From Candidatus Methanoperedens sp. (lineage in GTDB: Archaea > Halobacteriota > Methanosarcinia > Methanosarcinales > Methanoperedenaceae), in the NCBI GenBank assembly GCA_027460535.1, contig JAPZAR010000007.1, positions 139,307-171,306 on the forward strand: a stretch of DNA of 32,000 bases, written 5' to 3'. The position numbers were made by a program, and so were the translations under genes. Positions 1-8,009 of the stretch are shown here, one piece after another. The notes under the pieces are model-generated. The model ran no database searches. It saw nothing but the letters and a program-made list of their open reading frames with translations, and was not told the origin of the DNA. The first letter of the stretch is position 1; each line of letters opens with the position of its first letter.

Positions 1-1
1 T

Positions 2-895
2 GAGGACCTTGCATCCTATACGGACAGGATCATTGTGCAGGTCGCATCGGGAAGGTTCGGAGTGACAAGCAAGTACCTGAACAACAGCGCTGTGGTAGAG
101 ATCAAGATAGGGCAGGGCGCAAAGCCGGGTATTGGCGGACACCTGCCAGGTGAAAAAGTAGGCGAGGATATCTCAAAGACGCGCATGATACCCGTGGGCA
201 CGGATGCATTATCACCCGCCCCCCATCACGATATATATTCTATCGAAGACCTATCGCAGCTCATATATGCGATAAAAGAAGCAACGGATTACAGGAAACC
301 TGTATCTGTCAAGATAGCGGCGGTGCATAACGTCGCAGCCATCGCAAGCGGGATCGTTCGCGCCGGCGCGGATATAGTGATGATAGATGGGTTCCGCGGA
401 GGAACAGGAGCAGCGCCCATGATAATCAGGGACCATGTTGGGATTCCCATTGAACTCGCACTTGCCGCCGTGGATGACCGGCTCAGGCAGGAAGGGATAA
501 GGAACAGGGCATCCATACTCGTAGGCGGAAGTATCAGGCAGAGCGCCGATGTCGTAAAAGCCATAGCGCTGGGCGCAGACGCCTGCGTTATAGGAACGGC
601 CTCTCTCATAGCCATGGGCTGCCGCGTATGCCAGAAGTGCTACACCGGCAATTGCGCATGGGGAATAGCAACCCAGAAACCTGAGCTTGTGCGCCGCCTG
701 AATCCTGAACTTTCGGCTGACAGGCTTTGCAATCTTCTTACCGCATGGGGTCATGAGATACAGGAAGTGCTGGGCTCACTTGGCATTAATGCCATCGAAT
801 CGCTGCGGGGAAGCAGGGAGCGGCTGCGTGGCGTGGGTCTTAACCAGGAGACGCTGGACATACTCGGGATCAAGCATGCCGGGATAGGACAGTGA
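2..895 (+). CDS. gltB: Glutamate synthase FMN-binding domain protein (archaeal split GltB, domain 2); 5' end cut by the window edge
   Basis: The frame is open from nt 2 (EDLASYTDRIIVQVASGRFGVT...), so the GTG at 35 is not the real start. GltS FMN/Fe-S domain hallmarks are present: KIGQGAKPGIGGHLPGEKV, SPAPHHDIYSIEDL, IDGFRGGTGAAP and the Cys cluster CRVCQKCYTGNCAWGI. Confidence 0.9.
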   Translation, partial: EDLASYTDRIIVQVASGRFGVTSKYLNNSAVVEIKIGQGAKPGIGGHLPGEKVGEDISKTRMIPVGTDALSPAPHHDIYSIEDLSQLIYAIKEATDYRKPVSVKIAAVHNVAAIASGIVRAGADIVMIDGFRGGTGAAPMIIRDHVGIPIELALAAVDDRLRQEGIRNRASILVGGSIRQSADVVKAIALGADACVIGTASLIAMGCRVCQKCYTGNCAWGIATQKPELVRRLNPELSADRLCNLLTAWGHEIQEVLGSLGINAIESLRGSRERLRGVGLNQETLDILGIKHAGIGQ

Positions 896-921
896 TTTGT
901 ATGAAGAATTTTAATGAGAAG

Positions 922-1000
922 GAACCGCAGATAAACGCAGATGAACGCAGATTTGTTCTTGTATCCACCCTTATCCAAGTTCAACCGCGGTTACTTTTTG
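922..1000 (+). repeat. Interspersed short-period repeat element, copy C (short form)
   Basis: ccgcagataaacgcagatgaacgcagattt gives three ~10-bp CGCAGAT sub-repeats. The element ends in caaccgcggtt followed by a T-run (ttactttttg). It begins 27 nt after the gltB domain-2 stop and has the same architecture as the copies at 7285-7699 and 8470-8587 read on the minus strand. Confidence 0.6.
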
Positions 1001-1049
1001 ATGATTTGATTAATGCTGAAACATGTGGCATTGAGGGACGTGACGCTTT

Positions 1050-1778
1050 ATGAGAATCGATGCAAAAGGCATGCATTACAGGCCGTTAAACAAAATTATC
1101 CGCGATGCGGTTGCAGCAGGCGAAAAGGAGTTCGAGCTAGATAACGTGGGCGGGCAGAGGTATATCGGGGATGGATTGAACGAAACCGTTAGGATCACCA
1201 TCAACGGCACACCGGGGAACGACCTGGGTGCTTTCATGAACGGTCCGAAGATCATAGTCAACGCGAACGCCCAGGACGGCATCGCGAACACCATGAATGC
1301 CGGCGAGATAATCGTACATGGCAATGTGGGCGATATCATAGGTTACGGCATGCGCGGCGGGAAGCTGTACATCAAAGGAGATGCAGGATACCGCGTCGGG
1401 ATACACATGAAGGAGTATAAGAAACAGGTGCCGGTAATCGTGACAGGCGGTACAGCAGGTGACTTTTTCGGGGAATATATGGCAGGCGGGATATTGATCC
1501 TTCTTGGCCTGAACGGGAAGGATCCGATCGCGGGTGATTATGTGGGAACGGGAATGCACGGCGGAGTGATATATATCCGTGGAAAGGTTGACCCGTATCA
1601 CCTTGGAAAAGAAGTGAACTGCCTTGAATTGAATGAAGAGGATTTGAAGCTCATTGGTACTTTCCTTAAGGAGTACTGCGAGTATTTCGGGTTCGATTTC
1701 AATGAAGTGATGGGCGGGAAGTTCACGAAGCTTGTCCCGTTATCCGTTCGGCCGTATGGGAATTTGTATGTGTATTAA
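1050..1778 (+). CDS. Glutamate synthase GXGXG domain protein (archaeal split GltB, domain 3)
   Basis: Reiterated Gly-rich beta-helix motifs: NGTPGNDLGAFMNG, VHGNVGDIIGYGMRGGKLYIKGDAGYRVG, VTGGTAGDFFGEYMAGG, GTGMHGGVIYIRG. It lies directly downstream of the FMN-domain gene. Confidence 0.85.
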   Translation: MRIDAKGMHYRPLNKIIRDAVAAGEKEFELDNVGGQRYIGDGLNETVRITINGTPGNDLGAFMNGPKIIVNANAQDGIANTMNAGEIIVHGNVGDIIGYGMRGGKLYIKGDAGYRVGIHMKEYKKQVPVIVTGGTAGDFFGEYMAGGILILLGLNGKDPIAGDYVGTGMHGGVIYIRGKVDPYHLGKEVNCLELNEEDLKLIGTFLKEYCEYFGFDFNEVMGGKFTKLVPLSVRPYGNLYVY

Positions 1779-1883
1779 ACGTTCTTTATTTTCTTTGAAC
1801 ATCTCTCACATCTCTGGATTGGAACGGCTGCGTCTCATTCAGGGGCAACGAGATAGCAATAAAAAAATGAAAACTCTTTTTAT

Positions 1884-4800
1884 TCACACTGGATGAGCAT
1901 AAATACTCAGTCCCTGTCCAAAATACGAGTCATAGATGTGCTGATATACCACATCACACTTGTGTTGAAATAACTCTTTTGTATAGCTTACTGGCAGTTC
2001 CTCATCCAGAACCACTTCAATAGATTGTCGCACAGCAGCCCGTGATTGCTGGCGCTTTCTCCAATCGAGAACGAGTTTCTCCTGTTTAAGTGTTTCAAGA
2101 AGGTCATGAGCCACCTTCTTTACCTCTTGCTCCTCCTTCTTGCTCAGAATCATCTCAGGTTTTACCAGGAGGTCGAAGACTGCTAATTCCTCCTCACTAA
2201 GATTCTCCGAAATTCCTCTCTTTTCTTCTGCATTGAGTCCCTGGGCGAATTCAACAAGATTGGCGAAGAATGTTTCCACATTATAGGAGCCTGAATTGTA
2301 TTCATCTATCAGTTTCTGAAACTTCTCCAGGTAATTCACCCTGCTCTTGTTTAATCGAACCATTTGCATCAGTTTGCGATTAATTGCGCCCCTCAGTTTT
2401 TCAGCCTCAATCCGCTTTCGACTTTTCTCAAATTTCTCCTTCAGCGCCTCAAAATCGATCTGGCTCAAATCCACAAGGCGATATTCATCGGACCTTTCCC
2501 GGATAACATATCCTTCAGTGGCGATGGACTCGTCCAGCAGATTTTCGACTGATTCCATAACTTCAGAAATGTCAGTTTCAGGAGACAGAGAACGAATTGT
2601 TTCTGCAATTTTAGTGAAAAGCAGCTGTTTCGGGCCGAACTCGTTGGCTGCCGGGTCAGGGAGGATAGCCCTGTATATTCTGACCACACTAGCTGCCATC
2701 GAAAGGTACTTTGCCTTTGATTCGTCGCTGGTCAATATTGCATCAGTAGCATCATCAATCAACTTGACACGCTCAAAACCATAGGCTGCCTGTATCTTCG
2801 AGATGTCAATGCCTCGTTCTGTGCAAAATGCCGTGGTCTCCAAAATCAACTGCTTTAGTTGATCAACGAGCACACTCTTGTCCTTTACCGGAGTTTCGCC
2901 TTCTTCTATTCCGCCGCCTGAGCCAGAACCGTAGATTGCCAGTGCTTTCTGCAGGTTCCTGAACACTCCAACATAATCCACTATCAGACCATTTGACTTA
3001 TCTCTGAAAACCCGGTTTGCCCGTGCTATGGTCTGCATGAGGGTATGGTTGCGCATGGGTTTGTCAAGGTAGATGGTGGAACAGGATGGTACATCAAAAC
3101 CCGTCATCCACATGGCGCACACGAATACGATGCGGAACGGGTCATCCGGGTCCTTGAACTTCGTATCGAGGTCCTCTTTTACGATTCTCTTGCGATGGAC
3201 AGCGATATCTAATCCCTTTTTCTTAAAGTCTTCAATTTCATTTTGCGATTGAGACACCACGACCGCCATGTCAGTATCTTCCATAAATTTGATTTTTTCT
3301 TCAAGTTCCTTTTTCTCGGATTCTCCACATTTTACAAGCTTAATCTTCAAATCCATCTGATACAATTTCCAGTACTTTTGCACCTTATCGTACATCCGAA
3401 CAGCAGTTGCTTTGTCAATGGAGAAGACCATTGCCTTCCCAAATTGCCCGCGTCCCATGAAATGAGTGACAATGTCATTGGCTATCTTCTCCAGCCGGTC
3501 ATCCCTTGTTATCAGGTGGTATTCTCGTGAAAACTCACGCTCAAGTTTATTCTCCTGGTCTGGATCGAGTTCAGCCTCATCGATGAGGCACTGCAGGTCT
3601 TCATTCAGTTCCCTGTTGGTCAGTTGAAGCTCTGGGATGCGATTTTCATAATAAAGAGGAACCGTGGCGCCGTCATCTACAGACTGCTTGAAGTTGTAGA
3701 TGCTGACGTAGTCCCCGAAAACCTCTTTTGTCTTTTCTTCACCGATAATGAGAGGCGTGCCTGTGAAGGCGATGAATGCCGCATTGGGGAGAGCATTGCG
3801 CATGTTCAGGGCAAGGGCATCGTACTGGCTGCGGTGCGCCTCATCCGTGATGACAATAATATCTTTGCGAGCTGAAAGCATGGGATAGGTCTCGCCCTTC
3901 TTTTTATGGAACTTCTGGATGAGTGTGAATATGTAGCGGTGGTCTTCACGCAGCAGCTGCTTTAAGTGTTCTCCGCTCTCTGCCTGCACCTGCTCTTCAG
4001 TCACGGCGCCAGCGCCTGCAAAGTTCTTGTATATCTGGTTGTCCAGATCCTGTCTGTCGGTCACGATAACGAACGTGAAATTACCGGGAATTTTTCGCAA
4101 TACTTTCTGCGAAAAGAAAACCATGGAGTAACTTTTCCCGCTGCCCTGCGTATGCCAGAAGACCCCTAAGCGACCTCTATTCTTTTCGATCTGCTTCAAT
4201 GCCTCAGTAGCGTTATTCACACCAAGGTACTGGTGGTTCTTCGCAACCAGCTTCACAATCCCGCCGCTGGCTTCGCTGAATAGCATGAAATTCTCAATAA
4301 TGTCAAGAAGGCGCGCCGGCTCGCATGTTCCCCTGATCATTGTATCCAGTGAAACAATACCCTCCTCGCCTTCTCTGTTTATCTTTTTCCACTCTGCGAA
4401 GTGCTCCCACTCAGCGGTCATACTGCCTATTTTGCTCTGGCTTCCGTTTGAAAGAATGATTAAACCATTGTACCAGAAGATCTGGGGGATTGCGTTCTTG
4501 TAGTCGCGCAGGTTATCCCTGTATGCATGTTCCAGACGCTTGTGTGATGCCTTAAGTTCGATAAAGACCAGCGGCAGGCCATTTACGAAACCAACAAGGT
4601 CGGCGCGACGCTTGTACATCTCACCCGTTACCCAGAACTGCGATGCAAGGAAGAAATCATTATTCGAAGGTTCATTCCAATCGATTACACGTACGTTCTC
4701 AACGGTCTCTTCATTTTCTTTGCCCCGGAAAGAGACTTTCACGCCGCTCTTCATCAAGCGGTAAACCTCCCGGTTGGCATTCGCCGGGCTCATGATGCTG

Positions 4801-5045
4801 CGATCGCGCGTCAGTTCTTCGATGGCAAGCTCGATGGCTTCTGGTGGCAGGTCGGGATTCAGGTGCACAAGCGCGGCGCGCAGGCGGGGGAGAAGGACGA
4901 CTTCGCTGGAGGTTTCGCGCCCGAGCGTGCCATTTTCTCCGAATTTTTCGTAGAAGCAGTTTGCGATCTTCCAGCCCAAATCTGAAAAGAGTTCGATGGC
5001 GGGCTGTTCAACAAGGGAATCTTCGGAGTAATCACTCATTGCCAT
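1884..5045 (-). CDS. hsdR: Type I restriction enzyme R subunit (HsdR), 1053 aa
   Basis: SF2 translocase motifs HTQGSGKS (Walker A), VITDEAHRSQ (DEAH box) and QTIARANR (motif VI). The N-terminus (SEDSLVEQPAIELF) and the length are typical of HsdR. The frame is uninterrupted. Confidence 0.93.
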   Translation of the reverse strand: MAMSDYSEDSLVEQPAIELFSDLGWKIANCFYEKFGENGTLGRETSSEVVLLPRLRAALVHLNPDLPPEAIELAIEELTRDRSIMSPANANREVYRLMKSGVKVSFRGKENEETVENVRVIDWNEPSNNDFFLASQFWVTGEMYKRRADLVGFVNGLPLVFIELKASHKRLEHAYRDNLRDYKNAIPQIFWYNGLIILSNGSQSKIGSMTAEWEHFAEWKKINREGEEGIVSLDTMIRGTCEPARLLDIIENFMLFSEASGGIVKLVAKNHQYLGVNNATEALKQIEKNRGRLGVFWHTQGSGKSYSMVFFSQKVLRKIPGNFTFVIVTDRQDLDNQIYKNFAGAGAVTEEQVQAESGEHLKQLLREDHRYIFTLIQKFHKKKGETYPMLSARKDIIVITDEAHRSQYDALALNMRNALPNAAFIAFTGTPLIIGEEKTKEVFGDYVSIYNFKQSVDDGATVPLYYENRIPELQLTNRELNEDLQCLIDEAELDPDQENKLEREFSREYHLITRDDRLEKIANDIVTHFMGRGQFGKAMVFSIDKATAVRMYDKVQKYWKLYQMDLKIKLVKCGESEKKELEEKIKFMEDTDMAVVVSQSQNEIEDFKKKGLDIAVHRKRIVKEDLDTKFKDPDDPFRIVFVCAMWMTGFDVPSCSTIYLDKPMRNHTLMQTIARANRVFRDKSNGLIVDYVGVFRNLQKALAIYGSGSGGGIEEGETPVKDKSVLVDQLKQLILETTAFCTERGIDISKIQAAYGFERVKLIDDATDAILTSDESKAKYLSMAASVVRIYRAILPDPAANEFGPKQLLFTKIAETIRSLSPETDISEVMESVENLLDESIATEGYVIRERSDEYRLVDLSQIDFEALKEKFEKSRKRIEAEKLRGAINRKLMQMVRLNKSRVNYLEKFQKLIDEYNSGSYNVETFFANLVEFAQGLNAEEKRGISENLSEEELAVFDLLVKPEMILSKKEEQEVKKVAHDLLETLKQEKLVLDWRKRQQSRAAVRQSIEVVLDEELPVSYTKELFQHKCDVVYQHIYDSYFGQGLSIYAHPV

Positions 5046-5142
5046 TCTCTATGTCAGATTATTATTTAAAGATACGTATATATTAACTTCACTCTTGCTG
5101 AACAATAAGTTTTAACTTATCATAAATCTTAAGGCATATACA

Positions 5143-5442
5143 ATGTACAGCGAAGATTCTGTTTCGGAAATCACTTCTGATCTCAGTCATGTGATAGGCT
5201 TACCTGAGACCGAGCTTATCCACAGAGGCTTAATATCCTTTATGGAAAAGGAGATCCGGCTTGCTGAGGCGGATATAGCTGATCTTGTGGACAGATATAA
5301 TGTTGCCTCGAAAGAGGATCTGTACGAGGCGATCAGGTCTAAAAAGATACCAAGCCATCCAGCCTGGGAAGATTATATTATCTGGAAGAATAAGGAAAAA
5401 TACATCAAAGACCTGAAAGCGCACCTCGGTAAGGTACAGTAG
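5143..5442 (+). CDS. Hypothetical 99-aa protein, putative partner/antitoxin of the downstream DUF6516-like gene
   Basis: Its stop TAG (5440-5442) abuts the ATG of the next ORF (5443). I recognise no family. The N-terminal segment GLPETELIHRGLISFMEKEI resembles the helix of RHH-type antitoxins, which is weak evidence. Confidence 0.5.
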   Translation: MYSEDSVSEITSDLSHVIGLPETELIHRGLISFMEKEIRLAEADIADLVDRYNVASKEDLYEAIRSKKIPSHPAWEDYIIWKNKEKYIKDLKAHLGKVQ

Positions 5443-5823
5443 ATGCTTTTAACGTATAAAACGCTTGAAGAGGTAGCCAGGACAGAATTTTCAGATATTG
5501 TTAAAGATACGGCGCTAATTGGCGGCAGGTCTGCACAGCCTAATAAGCTGAGGATATACCTAACAGACGGCAGTTTCCTTGATGTCTGGCTTAGTGAAGA
5601 GGAGGATTATTCATATCACTGGGAGCAAAGGGCTGTGAGGGGCTTGATCCATCGATGGGATAATGCCCCTGATCATCCTGAGATCGAGACTTTTCCGAAC
5701 CATTTTCATGATGGTAAAGAAAACAATGTCCTGAGCAGTCGATTGAATGCTGATAATAGAGTTGCATTCAAAGATGTTCTTGGTTTTATCAGGATTAAAT
5801 TAAAGGGATTCCATATTCACTGA
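5443..5823 (+). CDS. DUF6516 / TumE-family-like protein (putative toxin component), 126 aa
   Basis: YSYHWEQRAVRGLIHRWDNAPDHPEIETFPNHFHDG matches my recollection of the His-rich hallmark of DUF6516 proteins (Y.YHW ... RYDNAPHHPE..TFPHHKH). Its 3' end overlaps the hsdS 3' end by 7 nt, convergently. Confidence 0.6.
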   Translation: MLLTYKTLEEVARTEFSDIVKDTALIGGRSAQPNKLRIYLTDGSFLDVWLSEEEDYSYHWEQRAVRGLIHRWDNAPDHPEIETFPNHFHDGKENNVLSSRLNADNRVAFKDVLGFIRIKLKGFHIH

Positions 5824-7160
5824 ACCGAAATGTCGATATTCTCCGCGTCCACCTCGCCAGAGATGAGCTTCGGCAGCAGCAGGTCGCGGGTGCGGCGGAA
5901 GTTGGCGTTTTTTGCAAACATTTCAATAATGCTTTTATGCATCGGAGAGCTGATTTCAGTAAATCTATCTTGTATGCTTCTTGGAGGAAGCAAAAAACTT
6001 GTTTTAGCAATAGTTTCCCTCCCAAGCTCCGTTTGGCCAGTAGAGCCGATGCCTTGACTATCAAAGTGTGGTTCAAGGGTTGACATATAAGAGCCAAAAT
6101 AATCTATACTTACCTTATCATTCGGCCGAACGATAGTGACATGAGAATCCACTGTACAATCAGGAATTTCCTTATAAATTTGAGCAATACGTCCAAGTGT
6201 TCCGATACCCGTTGAATTTATCAGGACATCACCAAATTTTATGGATTTCTCCACTGGAATTTTCGAAGCGTGCCTTCGAACTAAATCCTGATTGAATTTG
6301 CCTTCCCTAATGCATTTCTGATTGATTACAATTTGTGACGATTGGTCATCATACTTAGGCGAAACACCACGGTTAATATAATCACTAACATCTCGAATTG
6401 TTACTACTTCCCATCCCTGCGGTATCATCCCAAGCTCCGACTCCACCATCCTCACCTTCTCATGCCCCGGAAACCTGAGATTAACAAACCACTCGCGGTA
6501 GAGCGCCTGCGCCATCTCTTCCAGTATTTTGATGCGCCGCGTGTTGTTCTCGATGAGGTCGTCGTAGGCGCTGAGGATGGCGGCGATTTTGCTTTGCAAT
6601 TCGACTGATGGTAGCCAGAACATATAAGCATTAATTTGTGAAGGGCTGATATGTGGTACAGACACACCAGTTACGATCGGCTTAATGTAATCTGTAAACG
6701 ATTGATCAGCGATGACATACCGCAGATATTCGGTTAACAATCCATTTATTCCACGCAATCGGGCTACCCGTTGGACTAATAGGCAAGGAGGATCGTGCTT
6801 TTTAACCCAAGCGTACTTGAGACCAGCTTCAATCCAAGGTCGATCCATCGCTAGGATTACGTCACCACGTTTAAGTAAATATCTGGTGAAATCACCTGAC
6901 TTTGATAACGGCCAGAGCTTGACCCCCTCCCAGCGCAAACAGCCTTGAGCAACATTATCGCCACGTAATAGTTTGATTGATTCCGAATCATTGGTGTATT
7001 GGGCACTTTTGAACGGAAAACCCGTTAGTAGATCGATGTGTTCTCCGAGTTTGACCAACCTCCAAGATGTCTTCACACTTGCGTTCAAAGTACAGCCAGC
7101 AGTAGTTCCTTCACTTTCTTTTTTGGTTGTCTCACCATTTATTACATTATTTGCCATCAT
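5817..7160 (-). CDS. hsdS: Type I restriction enzyme specificity subunit (HsdS), two target-recognition domains
   Basis: The central conserved spacer is IAAILSAYDDLIENNTRRIKILEEMAQALYREWFV and the C-terminal conserved repeat is RRTRDLLLPKLISGEVD. The preferred start is ATGATG at 7160/7157, preceded by GGAGGTGGG. The ORF-track start at 7208 lacks an RBS. Confidence 0.9.
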   Translation of the reverse strand: MMANNVINGETTKKESEGTTAGCTLNASVKTSWRLVKLGEHIDLLTGFPFKSAQYTNDSESIKLLRGDNVAQGCLRWEGVKLWPLSKSGDFTRYLLKRGDVILAMDRPWIEAGLKYAWVKKHDPPCLLVQRVARLRGINGLLTEYLRYVIADQSFTDYIKPIVTGVSVPHISPSQINAYMFWLPSVELQSKIAAILSAYDDLIENNTRRIKILEEMAQALYREWFVNLRFPGHEKVRMVESELGMIPQGWEVVTIRDVSDYINRGVSPKYDDQSSQIVINQKCIREGKFNQDLVRRHASKIPVEKSIKFGDVLINSTGIGTLGRIAQIYKEIPDCTVDSHVTIVRPNDKVSIDYFGSYMSTLEPHFDSQGIGSTGQTELGRETIAKTSFLLPPRSIQDRFTEISSPMHKSIIEMFAKNANFRRTRDLLLPKLISGEVDAENIDISVQ

Positions 7161-7218
7161 CCCACCTCCCTCCCTCTCTCGCTCTGCCGTAGTCCTGAAA
7201 GCTGGCACTTCAAATTTG

Positions 7219-7259
7219 ACAGGATAACAGGATAAACAGGATTAAGAGCATATCCTGTT
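7219..7259 (-). promoter_or_regulatory. Candidate operator/promoter-associated repeats upstream of hsdS
   Basis: ACAGGAT occurs at 7219-7225, 7227-7233 and 7236-7242, with an inverted copy ATCCTGT at 7252-7258. An 8-bp stem aacaggat/atcctgtt (7235-7242 / 7252-7259) has a 9-nt loop. The cluster lies 60-100 bp upstream of the hsdS start. Confidence 0.4.
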
Positions 7260-7284
7260 AATCCCATCTGAAAAATCACCGAAC

Positions 7285-7699
7285 TAAAAAACCGCGGATG
7301 ATGGCGCCCAGAGTCACGCCTCTGGAGGGCGTGTCCACGTCGACTGTCACGCCAGTCGATTGCGTGCACACGTATGCCAGCGCACTGGCATACGTGGACG
7401 GGCGTCCTCAAGGGGCGCAACCCTTGACGTATGCCCACAGGCATACGTGTGCGCGGAGTCGAGAACCCGCAGGGTTTCGGCGTGATAAACGCAGATACCT
7501 TTGTGCCAGATGCCGGATTTTTCAGAGAAGAGCAAACGTGATGGAACACGGATTGCGCGGATGCGCGCGGATCCGTGGAAATCCGTCCAATCCGTGTTAT
7601 CCGTGTTCTGCGTTGCGGTTTTAGCACGTTTCCAGACCTGAGCGCGAAGGTCGCGGAGACTTCTGAGCTTTGCGTTCTTTGCGTACTTTGCGGTTCTGG
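7285..7699 (-). repeat. Interspersed short-period repeat element, copy A (expanded form with ~260-bp GC-rich insert)
   Basis: Read on the minus strand it runs as follows: ccgcaaagtacgcaaagaacgcaaagc (9-bp CGCAAAG sub-repeats), then cacggataacacggattggacggatttccacggatccgcgcg (ACGGAT sub-repeats), then an insert (7298-7560), then ccgcgg + tttttt. It is collinear with copy B apart from the insert and a ~45-bp segment. It begins about 110 nt downstream of the 63-aa gene stop. Confidence 0.7.
7367..7452. repeat. Nested palindrome / multi-hairpin module
   Basis: gcacacgtatgcc (7367-7379) is the exact reverse complement of ggcatacgtgtgc (7440-7452). Between them the 9-mers ggcatacgt and acgtatgcc occur again, and there is an inner hairpin caaggg..cccttg. 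In total there are four alternating copies of one 9-mer. Confidence 0.7.
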
Positions 7700-7812
7700 A
7701 TATTTCTCATCCATAATGCCCAACAATATATTTTATGGTCTGTTTTTAATCTATAAAGTCATAAATATTTGGTTAGGTTCAAATCAAAGAAAAAGTTGCG
7801 GAGAGAAATGAA

Positions 7813-8004
7813 TTAAGATGAAACGGTTTTCGCATCAATTTTTCCAGACATCAGCCCTTTCTTTTTCCGGGCAGGCACATCATCAACATATTTATAAGAA
7901 ACAACCTTTGTTTCATGTGGCCCTTCCCACTCATCTGGTTTGATCGGCGATGCTTCTATATCTTTTATCGCCTTTTCCCTCTCTTCTTTAGTGTATTTTT
8001 TCAT
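7813..8004 (-). CDS. Hypothetical 63-aa protein, putative antitoxin partner of the BrnT-like gene
   Basis: It starts 5 nt after the stop of the upstream BrnT-like ORF. It is Lys/Glu-rich and I recognise no family. The assignment rests on position only. Confidence 0.4.
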   Translation of the reverse strand: MKKYTKEEREKAIKDIEASPIKPDEWEGPHETKVVSYKYVDDVPARKKKGLMSGKIDAKTVSS

Positions 8005-8009
8005 TGATA

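Noticed and set aside
251-754. Long minus-strand ORFs (251-754, 289-615, 751-984) antisense to the glutamate synthase gene
   Set aside because: They lie opposite a gene with unmistakable conserved motifs. Their translations are low-complexity (Ala/Arg/Cys-rich) with no motifs, as expected for shadow ORFs.
996-1050. Possible C/D-box sRNA (TGATGA at 1000-1005 followed 11 nt later by CTGA)
   Set aside because: No convincing C' box or terminal D box (CTGA) lies within the expected 50-70 nt, and there is no terminal stem. It is most likely chance.
7540-7700. Possible CRISPR array suggested by the reiterated short motifs
   Set aside because: The repeat period is only 9-10 bp and there are no unique spacers of 30-40 bp. 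No cas genes are present. This is not a CRISPR architecture.
7157-7726. 189-aa and 108-aa ORFs (7157-7726 minus, 7298-7624 plus), and ORFs 8466-8699, 8488-8727 and 8580-8972
   Set aside because: They are generated entirely by the repeat elements and palindromes. The translations are Arg/Cys/Thr-rich (RISTDPR, RKGRKERKA). Both strands are open, and the long one would overlap the hsdS start. I treat them as non-coding repeat DNA.
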